NCBI GenBank assembly: GCA_964016885.1
Contig: OZ024740.1
Coordinates: 191,270,001 to 191,334,000, forward strand
DNA: 64,000 bases
Origin: Eledone cirrhosa
Lineage: Eukaryota
Reading direction: 5' to 3'
Shown: piece by piece, positions 12,961-27,603 of the stretch
Layout: each line of letters opens with the position of its first letter
Numbering within the stretch: position 1 is the first letter of the stretch
Notes under the pieces: generated by a model
Told to the model about the DNA's origin: nothing
Seen by the model: the letters and a program-made list of their open reading frames with translations, nothing else
The model's database searches: none
Position numbers and translations under genes: made by a program

Positions 12961-15747
12961 GGACGTCACGGTGTATATTGCCATATGTGTAAGAGACAGA
13001 GAATATCTCAAATTATGATGGAGAGTTAGTGCTTTGCAATGATTTAACATGTCACGGAAGCGTTGCGAGTTGATGAATATTTTGTCAGTGGTGTAAGCAA
13101 CCAAAACAGGATGGATTAATATTAGTGAGAGTTTACAAGAAATACATTCTTGATAGGAAATGAGGTTATGGTCAATGTGGTCAACATTGCAAGCTTCTAT
13201 AGAAAGGTAATTTTGTATGAAACAACAATAGGGAGAATGATATGAAACACTTCATGTTATATTTTATAGTTGCTGAATCATTGCACACATCACAGTATTG
13301 GCAATATAATACTCACTCGCTTTGCTGTTCAAATAGTGTAGAAAATATTTTAAGTAAAACCATTAATATAAATTTTAAACCTCTAGGAATGAAAGTATAA
13401 TTTATCAATTACACTTTCCCGTGGGAATTTGTGTGCTAGCGTTTAGCTCCAGTTTTAATGTGGTAAATATATGTAAAGGGTATGACAAATAAATTTCCCA
13501 CTGGCAAGGATGCGAATTAATCTCAGAATTTAAAATAGATCTAACTGATATATAAATCCTAGCCTTCCTTTTTTATCTTGCCCATCATATTTTTGTTGTT
13601 CATATATGCTGAAAGCAAATTATAATAATAATAATAACCCTGGTATCATATATTTGACAATCTGTCGTAACCATATGTTATAAAGTTTAAATATTTATCT
13701 AAATCTACTTCAAAATATGGAGAGGGTAATAACATATTTTTATCAAACCATTAATGTTTGCTTACATACTTAATTGTCGGTGATTCTTTCTTATAGTTTA
13801 TGTGGAAGAAGGAATAAAAATAAAATCATACTTCATATATAAATATTACCGCATTACAGATTTATACTATTATGCCTATTATAATCCTTTCCTTCACTTT
13901 ATTTGCTACTGAAAATCAATATTTAAAAAAAGCCCCAAAGATTTTGGCACTTTACTATAAAATATTAATATATTATATTTAATGCTTTATTGTACATTGC
14001 TATTAAATTCATATATATTTACCACATTAAATGTTTTGATCTTTTTCATTTCCGATAAACTGATACTCATTTATACGAGGGATTTTCTTTGTTAAGAAAA
14101 TATATCCAAGACTGTTATTAAAACATGATTTAAGATCCAGAATTGATGACATATTCATGGTTTTAGAAAACAATCTTGTAATGTTCATTTTTGAAATGAA
14201 ATTGAAGTGTGGCTATTCTTACTTTCCAGATTCAGATGCTATAAATCAAATATAATTTCAAAATTTCAAGTATATTTATTTTGTGTCTAACGAATCTTCA
14301 GGCTATAGTAAATATGTTCACGCGAAGAGAATTGGAGTGCACAGAACTCCCCTCTCCAACGACGTTGGTTATATTTATATAAATGTGAAATGAATTTAAA
14401 TTGAATTTCAATGACAATTTCCAACTCAATGCATTTGGTGTTTCGTTCTGCTTTAAAGATTAAATATTTCAGCATATGTCTCTCTCGGCATTTAACACAG
14501 TACATCATTCAAATGAGAGGATATCTAAGCAGGAAAACGACCAAAATCCTTCTCAAATGCAACATCACTGTTTGCTAGAGTTTAATGATATGGTGGTAAC
14601 AGTTATGATACGTTCAATTATAAGTCGTCAAAAACATTGGTAAGTCATGAAATATTGTTGGCATAACGTATAACTAAAATATAGGAAACCCTTTCTAATT
14701 TAGCTTGAATGGTATCTACATGACTGGAAATACATTAGAAAATATATTATTTTTCCATGATGGTGGGTTTAGACCTTACTAACTGCTCTAGCAGGCGAAG
14801 CAATAATTTAGATTTTCTGTTGATAATCATATTCTTATTATTGTTGTGACAGTTGTTGTTACTGTTAATTATCTTTGATATTTTTGTTTAACATCGATTG
14901 AAAAGATTGACATCGATTGAAAAGATTTATTATCATATATTTTTTAACCACGACTATACGACTTTATGAAAGTAAGGTTGGATTTGAAGAAGATTTGTCA
15001 ACTAAGACTTCCCTAGAATGAGATACGACTTTAAGTTCCTATCACGTTTTGCGTCTGGAGGAATTATCTCACTTAGTTACAAAATGGATGTAAGTCCTTT
15101 CTTTCCTGACAATCAAAGTATTTAGGAAGACAATTAATATGAGAAAATATTTTCTTACTACAGAAAATCACTCCTGTTTCCAAATTCCCTGTTATCATGC
15201 TTGTAAAATCGGACTTATTTTGCGGGAATTGTAGCAGTGTAGATTATAATGATGTAATTGAAGGTAGCTTTCATTATTCTTCAATCTAAAATCAGTTCTA
15301 ATTAATATGTAATAAGAGGAAATATATTCCTGACATAACGTATACGCCATTTCATTCCTTGTGACCGTAATTGTAAAAGGTGCACCTCCAAGGACAACAT
15401 CCGCTCAAGGTGTTGTAACATAAATAACACCAATACAATTAACATTACCATTAATATCACAACTACAAAAAATCATCATCATCACCATTATCATCGTCAT
15501 CAGCAACATTCATATTCATATATACATACTGTGTATACATACATTTATTATTCAAGTTTTAGTTGTTGATTTTACTTTTACAATTTTCGAAATGTTGTAA
15601 TACAATATAAAAATAACAACGAAATGCTTAGACAAGCTAATAATTAGTTAATTAAGTAACCAACCAGATGATTAGGTACGTGATAAAAAACGTCAATTAC
15701 CATCAGTGCATGTGATTTTATAATTAAAACAAATATATTTAATATAT

Positions 15748-15933
15748 AATTATTTCTAGTTTTGGCAAAAGGCCAGCAATTATACCAGTGCATTACTGGT
15801 ACTTTATTTTATCGACCCCGTAAGGATGAAAGGCAAAGTTAACCTCTGCTAGATTTGAATTCAGACAATAAAGGGCCGTAACTCTTTGCTGAAAATCATG
15901 GCGTCCGACCTCTACTGATACTGCCAATTAACC
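15748..15933 (-). mobile_element. tRNA-derived SINE (MetaSINE-like core)
   Basis: Reverse complement of the family consensus (TGGCAGTATCGG A box, GAGTTCAAATCC B box, GCCTTTCATCCTTACGGGGTCGATAAAATAAAGTACCAG core). Confidence 0.9.
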
Positions 15934-15947
15934 AATTATAATACATA

Positions 15948-16127
15948 ATTGTTTCTACCTTTGGCACAAGGCCAGCAATTAACCAGTGTATTACTGGTAC
16001 CTTATTCTATCAACCCCGTAAGGATGAAAGGCAAAGTTAACCTCGGCGGGATTTGAACTCAGAATGGAAAGGGCCGTAACTATTTGCAACAGAGCATGGC
16101 GTCCGACTCTCTACTGATACTGCCAAT
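15948..16127 (-). mobile_element. SINE, second of a tandem pair
   Basis: Same consensus, immediately adjacent to the previous copy. Confidence 0.9.
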
Positions 16128-17120
16128 ATGATATGAAATCAATAGTAGACAACTTCATAATTTCCATAAACTTTTAAACAGAGGATAAATGTGTTAATAG
16201 TTATTGGGTGATATTATTGGCGACAGATTGGTCGGCTATATAGAGCATCGGAAAAAATGATTGAGGATGTTTACTAACATTCACATATATATAAAAGGAA
16301 ACATAATATTAAAAGAGTCACACACACATGTACACATGGTCATACGCAAAGGAACCAAAATCCCGCTGTCCCTGACTTGTCTGTTACGCTCTATCCATCT
16401 CTCATTATTATGAGCATTGGCTATTAAAATATAACAACAGTGTACGATTTGTTGGTAAATGGCCTAATGTGCATTAATTGACAGACATAAAAGAGTAATG
16501 GTGTAGATGCAATACCTAGATTGATTTTAAATCCTTCCTCTGGCCCAATTAATGTCCACATTTCCAAGGTTGCTAAACATACATTCATTTGGAGCTAATG
16601 AGAAATATATATACGTTGCTATTCAACCGGCTAAAAAACAGATAATAAATAGTAATGAAACCAGAATCTACCATTTGCCAAAGGGATACGTAGATAACGT
16701 AGTTCATGGTGATCTTCGCCTGAAAGAAGACATAAAACATAAAACATCATCATACGTCTGCTTGAACATCACTGACACAAGGTCTGACACAACTGCAATA
16801 ACAACATATAAGTGTGTATAAAATACTAAGTTTATGTTCCCTTCAATTTGTATGCATTGTTTATATTTAGAATGGATAAATAATTAAATAAATAAATAAA
16901 TAAATGAACTGAGAGAAATGAAAGGGGAAACTATCGGAGAGAGACATTCAGGAAATCTATAAGTGTTAGGTTTTTCTTTGCGAAAATGTTGACCGATTTT
17001 GATTTATTTTTAAGGAGCAATAAATTAAATTAAATATGTGGCCTAAAATGTATAATGGGTGCCTATTAATTTTTGGTGAAATCAAATTTAATAATAATTA
17101 AATGGTGATAAATTAAAATA

Positions 17121-17274
17121 ATTGTTTCTACTTTTGGCAAAAAGCCAGCAATAACCCAATACATTACTGGTACTTTATTTTATCGACCCCGTAAGGATGA
17201 AAGGCAAAGTTAAACTCGGCGGGATTTGAACTCACAATGGCAAGGGCCGTAACTCTATGTGTCAAAGCATGGTG
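17121..17274 (-). mobile_element. SINE, 5'-truncated
   Basis: Core and tail match the family; the A box is missing. Confidence 0.9.
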
Positions 17275-17448
17275 ATACATTAAAATAATGATTAAAGAAA
17301 GGTGAATCCGAATTAGACATTAAGGAAAGAGGGAACTAAAAATTTAACGTATACTTGATTTCCAGCATAAATGTTATTTCAGTAGGAGCCACTGACTATA
17401 ATTGATTACCAATTAATTTCAAGTTTACTAAAATATTCTATGAAATAA

Positions 17449-17449
<1 letters not shown>

Positions 17450-17499
<50 letters not shown>
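17450..17499. repeat. (CTA)n microsatellite
   Basis: Directly visible. Confidence 0.95.
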
Positions 17500-17500
<1 letters not shown>

Positions 17501-18240
17501 TGAAACACTACTCCCACCAGACAGAGGGAAAATGCTTTCACGGCTTAGAGATTCGAAAACTCCAAATTCACTATGGACTCGGTGGATAGCCTGAACCGTT
17601 CGACACGAGACAACAACTGTTCAACAAAACTCCAAAGGACAGTAATGCACAGACACTGGGCGAAAGATTTCGTCGGTGGTCCATCTGTACGTACTCCCGT
17701 GCCTGTAAAGATATTCTTGTTAAGATTGTCAAGCGAGGGATTTCTAGAAAGGATCCATAATCCATGGCTTGAAAGTCCTCCGAAACAGACTGATTAGTTA
17801 GATTTTGTCGAAGCCCAGACATTCTCCAAATGTGTTGTCGCACTTGCCTACCACTAAACCTCTATAGAAATTTAGAGAGGAATGTTTAATTCCCGCATCA
17901 TCCTCCTGCTAGAGAGCTATGGGCGCCTGGCAACATTACAGATTCCTAGCCGCCAGTTTCGATCTCTTCATGGCTGAGGACTGCAGCTCAGTTTAAGTGA
18001 CGATCTGCGGAAAAGCCTCTCTCAAAAACGGTGAACACGCCTTCCAAGCGTATATGAATATCTTAAAATGACATAGCCTCAGCGCATGTTTGCGCACTAT
18101 CAGACACGGCCTGCTCAGCCCTCCCTGTAGAGGGTCATTGGAGCAGATGGGCCGACGCAGCAATTGATCTTCGCCCTGTCATAAGAAGTAGAAGAGCAGA
18201 CGTTCCAAATACTGCCAATCCATCGTCCCGTGAATGAAAC
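17501..18240 (-). mobile_element. Decayed fragment of the Tx1/L1-like ORF2 3' region
   Basis: Reverse complement aligns by eye to about 45600-46390 (e.g. TTCTATAGAGGTTTAGTGG vs TTCTATAGAGGATTAGTGG; TTCTAGAAATCCCTCGCTTGAC vs TTCCAGAAATCCCTGGCCTGGC). Confidence 0.8.
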
Positions 18241-19664
18241 TTATAATGAAGAGCAACACATTGTTAAGAGGACTTAAAATGAGTTTAGTTATGTCGTTTC
18301 CACGACAATAACCACACAATGACACAACACTATGGGATATAACTAATGTTTCTGACTGTCGGAACACATTTACGTTCATTCTTTATTATAACTACATTGT
18401 GATTTCTTGTTATATTTTCTGCTCTCATAACCGATTCAAAAGTGTGCTGTTATTGTTGCTTTCTCATAATGCTAACCCTTTAGAATTCTCTCGACAGAAG
18501 GAGCTGAAGTTAATCATAATCTACTTGTCACAGCTACAATTTCTAACACTTCTTCATGATTTGTCTCATATCTTTTCCCGCTGGATTAACAATTGCGAAC
18601 TATTGAAAGTATTACAAGAGTCAAAACATGTAGTTATATGCACATCTCAACAGAATATATGTCATTGTGAGTCAACACACCTTTCACCACCTATCTGTTC
18701 TACAAAGAACATATGGCAAATGAAAAGACAGCGTAGCAATTAAACAACTGTTGTTGTGACGCTAACGATAGATAGATTGCTAGTTATTCTACCAATCCAG
18801 CCGATACATATATATAGACTCATCAGGTAAATTATTAACTCGACCCATCTCGAAAACCATCCAAAGCTGTGTCAAGGTAGAAAACATTGGTGGTTATTAG
18901 TATTGTTAATATCGTTGACGTTGACTTAAACACTATGTTTATACATTTCTGTAGAACGACTTTGCACTCACATATGCATGTTTGTATGTTTTTCGTTTTT
19001 CATGTATTTAGTATGGTGAAATATGGCGAAAGTTATTTCCGTCAACCATGCTGATAATAAAATAGCTTTATATAATGGATTTGATATATGTTTTCTCGAT
19101 GCTCCCAAATATAGACAGATATGCTTAAGTGTCAGCTCCATTAATGATTACATCGATCTAAGCACTTAAAAAAACATTAATATGTTAGAAACTGGAAATT
19201 GGTTTTTAAATGAAAATCTCATATTTCTTACTCCCGTCCTTCGACAGAATTTCTTTATTCTCTTCATTGTCCTTTTTCACTATTCAACACAATTTTCCTC
19301 CTATCTCAGTTCAGATCCCGATGTTTGACTTACGTCATTATTCATAGGATGTGCAAAACCTAAGTATCATCTATGCACCAGTTTCCTCTACATGCCATAT
19401 ATATAGGCCAAGCTAGAACTGCTCATTTATTTAATTAAACAAAATATATACATAGGAGCAAAGGTCATGGTTTACCGATGTTTGCTAGATTTCATTGAAA
19501 TTTTCGTCAAACATCCTCGGATAACATCCACGCTCTCTTTTATCCCTAGCTCTTGAAGGAGGTGTAGTGGCAATATAATTATATAGTCTTGGGCCTTCCA
19601 ACAGAGCTTATATCAGGTGTTAACACAACAGATTTCCTGAAGCGAAGGAAGGAGATACAAAAAA

Positions 19665-19830
19665 GATATAGAATAAAATTCGAACCCAGTACGAGACTGT
19701 GACTATTCTTTCAACTTCGGAAGGATAAAAAGCAAAGTTGCCCTTGAGGGATTTGAATTGAAGGAGGAGGGAGCCGACGGAAATATCGCAGCTTATTTTA
19801 CCCAACGTTCTATAGACTCTACCGATGTAG
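19665..19830 (-). mobile_element. Old diverged SINE
   Basis: AAGGATAAAAAGCAAAGTTG...GATTTGAA core remnant. Confidence 0.6.
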
Positions 19831-22800
19831 CGCAAACCAGATTACATTACAACATCATAAACAAAAATGCTTCTTTCACTCATATAGTATCTAGTGTAAT
19901 ATTTCCGATCAAAGTAAAAGATGTTCAAGGCTATAATGTATTTGACCATATTCCTTTTCAATCAGAGTTTATATAAAACAAAATGCCTACTATGATATAT
20001 ATGTGCACACCATTTTAATCTCAATTATATATTCTTTATTCATACGATCGCAATAATCCAGAAATGTTTCCTATACTCTAATACATTGTTGTTTCTTATG
20101 TATTTCGTTGTTTAGCCAGATTAGTCTCTGCCATAGCAAATCTATGATGTATTGCATTCTAGTCATAGCCAAATCACAATTTGTTTTCTATACAGATCTA
20201 CAGTGCCCATCCTTACCTGCATGTTGTAAGAGGGTTCATTATGACTTGAGTAAGATCAGGAAACGATTTCAGACATGTAGAGCATGTTTCGTATTCAACG
20301 CAGTCATTTTATGTGTACGTAATTCGTAGGAATTTTATAGAAACAATATCTTCGCAGAGAGAAAATAAATTAGTTTATATTCTAAACATATTTCAACAAA
20401 TAATATAAATCGAATCCCCGATAATGTCTGTACTAGGTAACTCAATTCACCTAAACATATATGTAATCGTAAATACCTAATGCCTGAGAGAAATAGTGAA
20501 CCTCTAAGTCTGGGAATGTTTGAGTCTGTGTTAAACAAATACTAACAACCATCATATAATGCTGAGTGCAGAAATAGGAACAACATTACTGGGAATTTCA
20601 ATCAAGATAAACACCAATTTCATATCACGTTTATGGAAAGCATATTCAAGCATAAAGTTGGTGGAGTAAGTGTAATATGAGCCAAGGTTCTTCATATAAT
20701 GTAAAAGATAACAAAGGGATTTGAAAGTTATATATATGACTGGTATTATGTTTGAAATAATTGTATTGGAGGTATGTTGATTCCTGTGTGATTCTAACTT
20801 TATTTGTTAGCAACTTGAAGTTTGTTCACCTATAATATCAGTATAGTTAAAACCTATTTTTCAATAGAATGAGATTCGCACATGTTATTGTAGACGTTGT
20901 TGATCTTCTACTACTATCGCTATTGTGACAAACTCCTCACATATAAGTAACATCCATTGTTGCTAACCTCTTTCAATTTCGTTTTCCCTATTATGGATAT
21001 TTGCTATTGTGATATTACTCATTACAATTCCATGTATATGTTGAATAACACTATGCTTTAGCAATAGAACGTTATGGGATCTATTGCAAGTCACTAAATT
21101 TACAGGTAAATTAAAAGAGTTTCCTTGTGTGAATACATATTGGATACTTATAATATAGTATCAGTGCAGAGATATATTTTAAGAATACAGACGCGCGTAT
21201 TGTCCAATAAATCTTAACCTAATTCTTTTAAAATCTCACTGTGCTCTCCTTTCAGTGCGTCCTTTGGGGGTTACAACCTAAACTACGTATCATGCTTTTA
21301 CCATGGTTACCATTCGCACATTTAATTCTATTAGAAATTGGTTGGTTTTAATGTTTCTTCTCGACTATTCATTGAGCCAGCAATATGAAGAAATATGTAT
21401 TCATGAAATATGTTATAGTAACAAGAAAAATAAAACTTTACAATATATATTTTCATGTGCTTGGCTAAGTGCATCTATGTATATTTCAATCAACGTGGTA
21501 TGTAGAATCTCCGTAGTTATACCACCAAATGAAAAAATGTATTGATTTTGTTCCTACTTGTCGTCTCCTATACGTGTGATATATGTTTAACTTAGGATCC
21601 ACGTGTATTGTCAATATATAACATACTATATTAGCATTAATATCTCTAGAAAATTGTTTTAGTTTTTGCCTTTCGGAATAACATTAAATGATGGAATAAT
21701 AGAACATTTAAACTATTAGAGTAAAAATAAATTCTGAACTCAATATTTACATTAATTCTTTGAATTTTGAACAGAAAAGAAAGCTTAAATTTTCGTTGCA
21801 ACATTTATTTCTTTGTTATAAATTACATTAAAAATATACAATTAAGAATTCAGAAGAGCTTATTTCGAAATTATGTAGAATACATATTTTGGTATTGATT
21901 ATTCTAGATTAGCGGAGCACCGATTTTGAACTGGTTAGTGTTATCTCTAACGAAAAGCATCCGGAGTTAACCCATCTAATCTTGTATGTAATATAGTCCG
22001 GTATCGTTTGGAGAGATTTTCACGTTATTCTACGACCAAGTAAACATATAAATTGTTTCGAGATACACTAATTATCTATGTTAAATTTTAAATAACATAG
22101 AATGTCGGGAAGTTTGACAATAGCACATATCTCTCTCTACGGGATCGTAGATATATTGTGTATGTTATTGTTAGTGATGCTGTTGAACAGATTCAACTCA
22201 TTTCTTATCGAAGCGAATTATGAAACCTAGATACTGAGAAAAGAACAAGGCTCCATCCATATATTGAATTTTTCTGTATATGCCAGTGCTTCATCGAGCT
22301 GAGCACCATACATTCTTTTTACAGCCATAAGTCCCAGTTTACTTCAGATCAAGCAATCATGATGCGTTCACGTCATTCATTGGTGCAGTCGTCTCACTTC
22401 CATTTATTTGCAGATTGAGCCATAATCAAGAGCTCCGAGCATTGATTTCTCTGGGAGTGTTACGATCTAACACATCAGAATTAATATCAAAGCAACATCT
22501 CTAGCCAAGACTACCCACTTATTTTGTATATCTAGGATTGCCTTTTCCAAATTATAATGTTCTAACTCATGAGGATTTAAGTGATTTTATATTTTACATC
22601 TTGAAAACCAGTTTCTTGATTATCTACTTATTGGAGATGTTTCAATGTAATTTTCTTAGTAGTAAACATGTAATCTGCATTATCAAAGGAAACATGTGTA
22701 ATAGTTAGAAAAAACTACCATGCAACTGATGTTCATGAAAATTGTAAATGATAATAAACGATGGGAGATATATGGAGAGGAAAGTAATTTAATGCTAAAA

Positions 22801-22930
22801 CGTTATATAGTTGAATATAATTGCACTATTTCTGAAGAGCGGGAGGAAAGGATATTTGGATTTGTTTAAGGCTTTGAAGGATCTCCACGAATAAAGAGAA
22901 TTAGATGTTATGAAGAATAGATAATAATAA

Positions 22931-23118
22931 TTGTTTCTACTTTAGGCACAAGGCCAGCAAATACCCAGTGCATTACTGGTACTTTATTTTATCGACCCCG
23001 TAAGGATGAAAGGCAAAGTCAACCTCGGTGGGATTTGAACTCAGATTGTAAAGGGACGTAACTCTGTGTTTCAAAGCATGGCGTCCGACTCTCCACCGAT
23101 ACTGCCAATCCACCGCCC
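22931..23118 (-). mobile_element. Full-length SINE with 15-bp TSD
   Basis: Complete head-to-tail consensus; AATAGATAATAATAA at 22916-22930 and 23126-23140. Confidence 0.93.
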
Positions 23119-24937
23119 TATAAATAATAGATAATAATAACACAATGTTAAACGTTTAAAAACACCTAATCATTATTGTATTGTTCTTTGTTGTTTACGC
23201 AAAGCAACACACGTATATTATAATCTAATAATCTTCCAAGTTCATAACAATATTTTTGAATTTAACGACTGCGAGTATATTTCCAGAACACAAAAGTGGA
23301 CGTGAAATGCGTATGATTTGGACGGTGGAGAAAAACAGATGTTATTAATATACTATAGTTTTGTAACTTTAAGCTCTAACAATTCTGCCATGCAACTACT
23401 AGGTAACAGAATAAATGATGTCTAGCATAGCAATATATTCTCTAGTTATTTGAAATATTGCAAAAGCATTGATTGTCCGAAAATTAGGTCGCAGAAATGA
23501 GGCCATGTTTGGGACATTATTTTGAATCAGAATCGGCAACCTTTGAAGGAATATCTCACACATTATCGTTGCTCGTTGACTTCAAAATCCTCCTATACAT
23601 ACAAGTGGATGGTGTGTATCCATTCGATAGCAGAGTTTGTAAACCACATGCATATCTGTTCTTGTATAGCTTAAATGTCCCGAAAATTCCAATACATACA
23701 TGGTGAAACCAAGCTGTTATCTTCATCGTTATCAGGCAGAATTTTTGTTTGGTTAAGCATTAGTAATATTTGTTTCTCCTGTTATTGTATTAGCTATCTT
23801 CATAGTAAATTGATACAACCATACAAAACGGTCCCAGGTACAAGAAACTGAAAGCATGTTACATTGTATGAATATTTTTCAACAAATAATAGAAATAGGT
23901 AAACAGATACGAATAGTTTTCTAACAGAAACATTACAAATGCATATGTATGGCGAGTGAATATAGAAGTTGAGTCTATATAGACTGTATATCCCGCTTTC
24001 AGGAAAGGTGCGATGAGTATTAAGAAAAAGTGATTTCAGCATATGAAATAGCGCATGATATGTGTGGTCGAATGGCGGACAAATCACCAGGCTGGAGGCG
24101 AAGGCCATGAATTCCTTGTTTTACAACACAACTCTTCACAACTGCTTTAAGAGCTGTCCATTGCAACTCCTCGCAGGATGAGAATGTTCAATGTCATGAG
24201 ATTTGAAAAGCGTTGGCAATGATGTTTAATCTCTCTAAACATTGATATAATAAAAGAAAATAGATGGCCCATACTACAGCTCAGTATAATTATAGTTTTG
24301 GAAATACAAGATGATTAACTAGTTGCTGGGTGTTTAACCAAACATGTCCGATAATACATAATCCCCTGCAGATATAAAGATTACAGCTTTCACTTTCCGT
24401 AATGTATTTTAGCATTTAAAGGCACTGCATGTGGCTTCTCCGTACTTTGATCGATCACTGTAAATAAATCGTCATCGCTAGCCTTCGAATATGCAGTGGA
24501 ATCAGATTCCATTGTCACAAATAAAAGCCGACCTAACGAAACCATTTCTCACCATCTTTTTTATCATCCCACCCCTTTGCATGTCTTCGCACTAGAGCTT
24601 CTGCTGCAAAAGCATGGTATGGAGAAAGCAATTCAACTTGAACATAATCATATGTTTATATGTGTATGACATTGAAAGCGGGAGATGCCTGCCAACGAAG
24701 TTGTTGAGGACGCATGCGAGTTGAGGAAAATATCCTGAGGTAACTTGTCAAATCTCCTTCCATTGTTGATTCGTGGCTTCAGGCTGAATGGTTATCGCTT
24801 TGCCGTATCTATCAGGACATTAAAACCATGTCCTTCTAAATGAAATAATAGACCAATAAACATATGTTATAAGTGAGTTCCTCACAGCCGAATTCATAAT
24901 TGTATTGCTAATTAATATTTATATAACATCATTAAGA

Positions 24938-25146
24938 GTGGTGAATTGGCAGTTTCGTTGAAGCGTCGGGCAATATGCTTTATGGCATATAGATACGGTT
25001 CTTTAAGTTCTGTGTTGAAATCCCGCCACAGTTAGCATTGCCTTTCATCCTTAAGGGAGCGATAAAATAAATTACAAGTAAATCTAATCGACTTTAACCC
25101 TTCACGCCATATTGCTAGCTTTCTGCCGATACTAGAAATCATTATT
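24938..25146 (+). mobile_element. Diverged SINE
   Basis: GTGGTGAATTGGCAG head, TTGAAATCCCGCC, GCCTTTCATCCTTAAGGG..GATAAAATAA core. Confidence 0.75.
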
Positions 25147-25819
25147 CATGTCAACATTTCACATGCAAATTGTTTAATTCGAATCTGAATATTGTGTACT
25201 TTGATAACATTTTCATTTCTTTCTCAATCGAAGATATTGAGATATTGAGATGTCTGTCAAAATAATTATATTTTACTTTTTATCTTTGTTTATCAAGACG
25301 GGATGGTAACATTTGAATTTATTGACAGACTCGTCGTAAATTATGGTAACTAGTCCATTGTTGCATACCAGAATAAATACATGCTACTGTCTCTTCCCTA
25401 GATATGTCTATGTATATACTTTCACTATGTGTGGGTTGGGCAGCGGTTAATTATTTATTTCTTCTAAATATATAAGATATATTTTATTGCAATTCCTTCC
25501 TTCACCGTATGTGTGTAGGTTTGTTATATCTAAAACCATGTACCCTATTTCTGTCTTTATTTCGTACCCAGCTTTATAGCGATAACCGAAATATATGTTT
25601 GCACATTTCTCTACGTTCTCTCATTAATCAATGTTGGAGTTGTCTTTTGATTTCCCTTATTGAAATGATACCTTCATGGATCTATTCTGTTCATTGCCCT
25701 TATCTAAATATTGGATTCCATGCAATATATTCTAATTTTTGCTTTAGTATGTTAAATGTATAAGAAAACGGTAGAATATCCTATTTCGTTAACACCCGCA
25801 ATATCGCATTTCAACAAAT

Positions 25820-25990
25820 AGCTGTACCGGTTTTAGGGAAAAGATACATTACTGGTGCTGTACTTTATCGAACCCGTCAGGATAAAAAGCAAAGTTAACC
25901 TCAGCTGAGTTTGAAATCAGAACGCAAAGAGCCGTCACGCTGTGCTTCAAAGTATGCTGTCCGATGCTTTACCGGTGCTGCCAATCCACT
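25820..25990 (-). mobile_element. Diverged SINE
   Basis: TTTATCGAACCCGTCAGGATAAAAAGCAAAGTTAACCTC...TGCCAATCCAC. Confidence 0.8.
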
Positions 25991-26746
25991 GACAGTCATT
26001 GATTAATTATTAAACAAATGAATTTACGTCAACATAATTGGGTAAATTGGCAATATAATAGAAACCCATCCTGAAGGCAGATGATTGAAATCAGTAAAAG
26101 AAAAAAAAAAGAAAATTTGGCTTAACTAGGCAAAAGAAATATAGTTTCATAGGCAATGTGTTTTCCAGGAAATTGACTCTCTGTGAGATGACCCGAGAAC
26201 AAAATTATTTAAAATACCACTATAACTTTTCCGTCTTCAAGCGTTGTACTCAAAACAACAGACCCCCGCCCCATATATATATATAATATTTATTACGTTC
26301 AGATGAAAAACATTCAGATTTTTATCGAAGCAGGGGTGTATGTTGAGGAACAATTCGCTGTTATTTCTAATATGTTTAGTTACTACATAGTGAAAACAAC
26401 ACTTATGCTTTATGAGAAATATATATGAATGGAAGAGTTTTGTATAATATTCTAGAAGTTTGTCATTTCTGAAATGTAGTGTGGGTTGTTTTATTTGTAT
26501 ATATCTCCTAAAGAATATATGAAAACATATTACTTTGTATATCGATTAAATCAGTATTCTTTAAATATTGGCTAATTTGTTGGGTATTTTTTTTTATTTA
26601 AAACGATATATATAAATATGTTTTGGAATATTCGTCAATACATATTTACTGCGCAGTGTCATACTCATGATAATGGATATATTGAGTACTTACGTAATTT
26701 CATGTTTAAGTAAGCTGATAATGGGAAGGAAATCGTTACAGTTTAG

Positions 26747-26849
26747 AAATAAAATAAATAAAATAAAATAAATAAAATAAAATAAATAAAATAAATAAAT
26801 AAAATAAATAAATAAAATAAATAAATAAAATAAAATAAATAAAATAAAA
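26747..26849. repeat. Mixed (AAAT)n/(AAAAT)n microsatellite
   Basis: Directly visible. Confidence 0.9.
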
Positions 26850-26959
26850 ATGTGTACATTAAGAAGAATAAATGCATATAATTGCAAACAAATTATCGTG
26901 TCAAATATTATAGAGCAATGAATCTTACGAAAACAAAGTATTATCTCTCTCGCTCTCCC

Positions 26960-26992
<33 letters not shown>

Positions 26993-27454
26993 GTATATAC
27001 ATACAGACAGACACGCACACACACACACATACACACATACACACATACGTGCACCCGCACACACACAAACAAACACACACACACGCATATATATATATAT
27101 ATATATAATCTTTATTACGTTCAGATGAACAATATTCCTATAAAGGATTAAATATTTACGATAGAACTCGAAAAGAGAAGATATTAAGCCATTAAACATG
27201 TTTTCCGTTCGGTTATTTCTTTAATTTTAGATAGAGATGATAATAAATTATATAGAATTACGAAAGATAGATATTTTCTTTACGTAGAAAAGAAATAATT
27301 GTCCAAAAAAAGATTATTTAACCAGAATAATTCTCAGAGGTTCCACTTGAAATATATTTAGCTGTTGAATAGGGTTTCGTCTAGCACAATAAGCATTTTG
27401 CAAATAATACGATTACATTTAGCTCTTCAAATAACATAACAAACTCGATTAAAT

Positions 27455-27603
27455 CAACCACAGTGAATTACTGGTAATTTATTTTATCGACCCCATATCG
27501 CCCACAAGGAAGGCAACGCTAACCCCGGAATGATTTAAATTCAGATCGTAACTATATGCCGCAAACAGGTTGTCCAAAGCTCTTCCGATAATGCAAATCC
27601 ACC
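27455..27603 (-). mobile_element. Diverged SINE
   Basis: TTACTGGTAATTTATTTTATCGACCCC...GCAAATCCACC. Confidence 0.7.

Noticed and set aside
22831-22860. CTGAAGA...GAAA
   Set aside because: No stem II, stem I or UH site.
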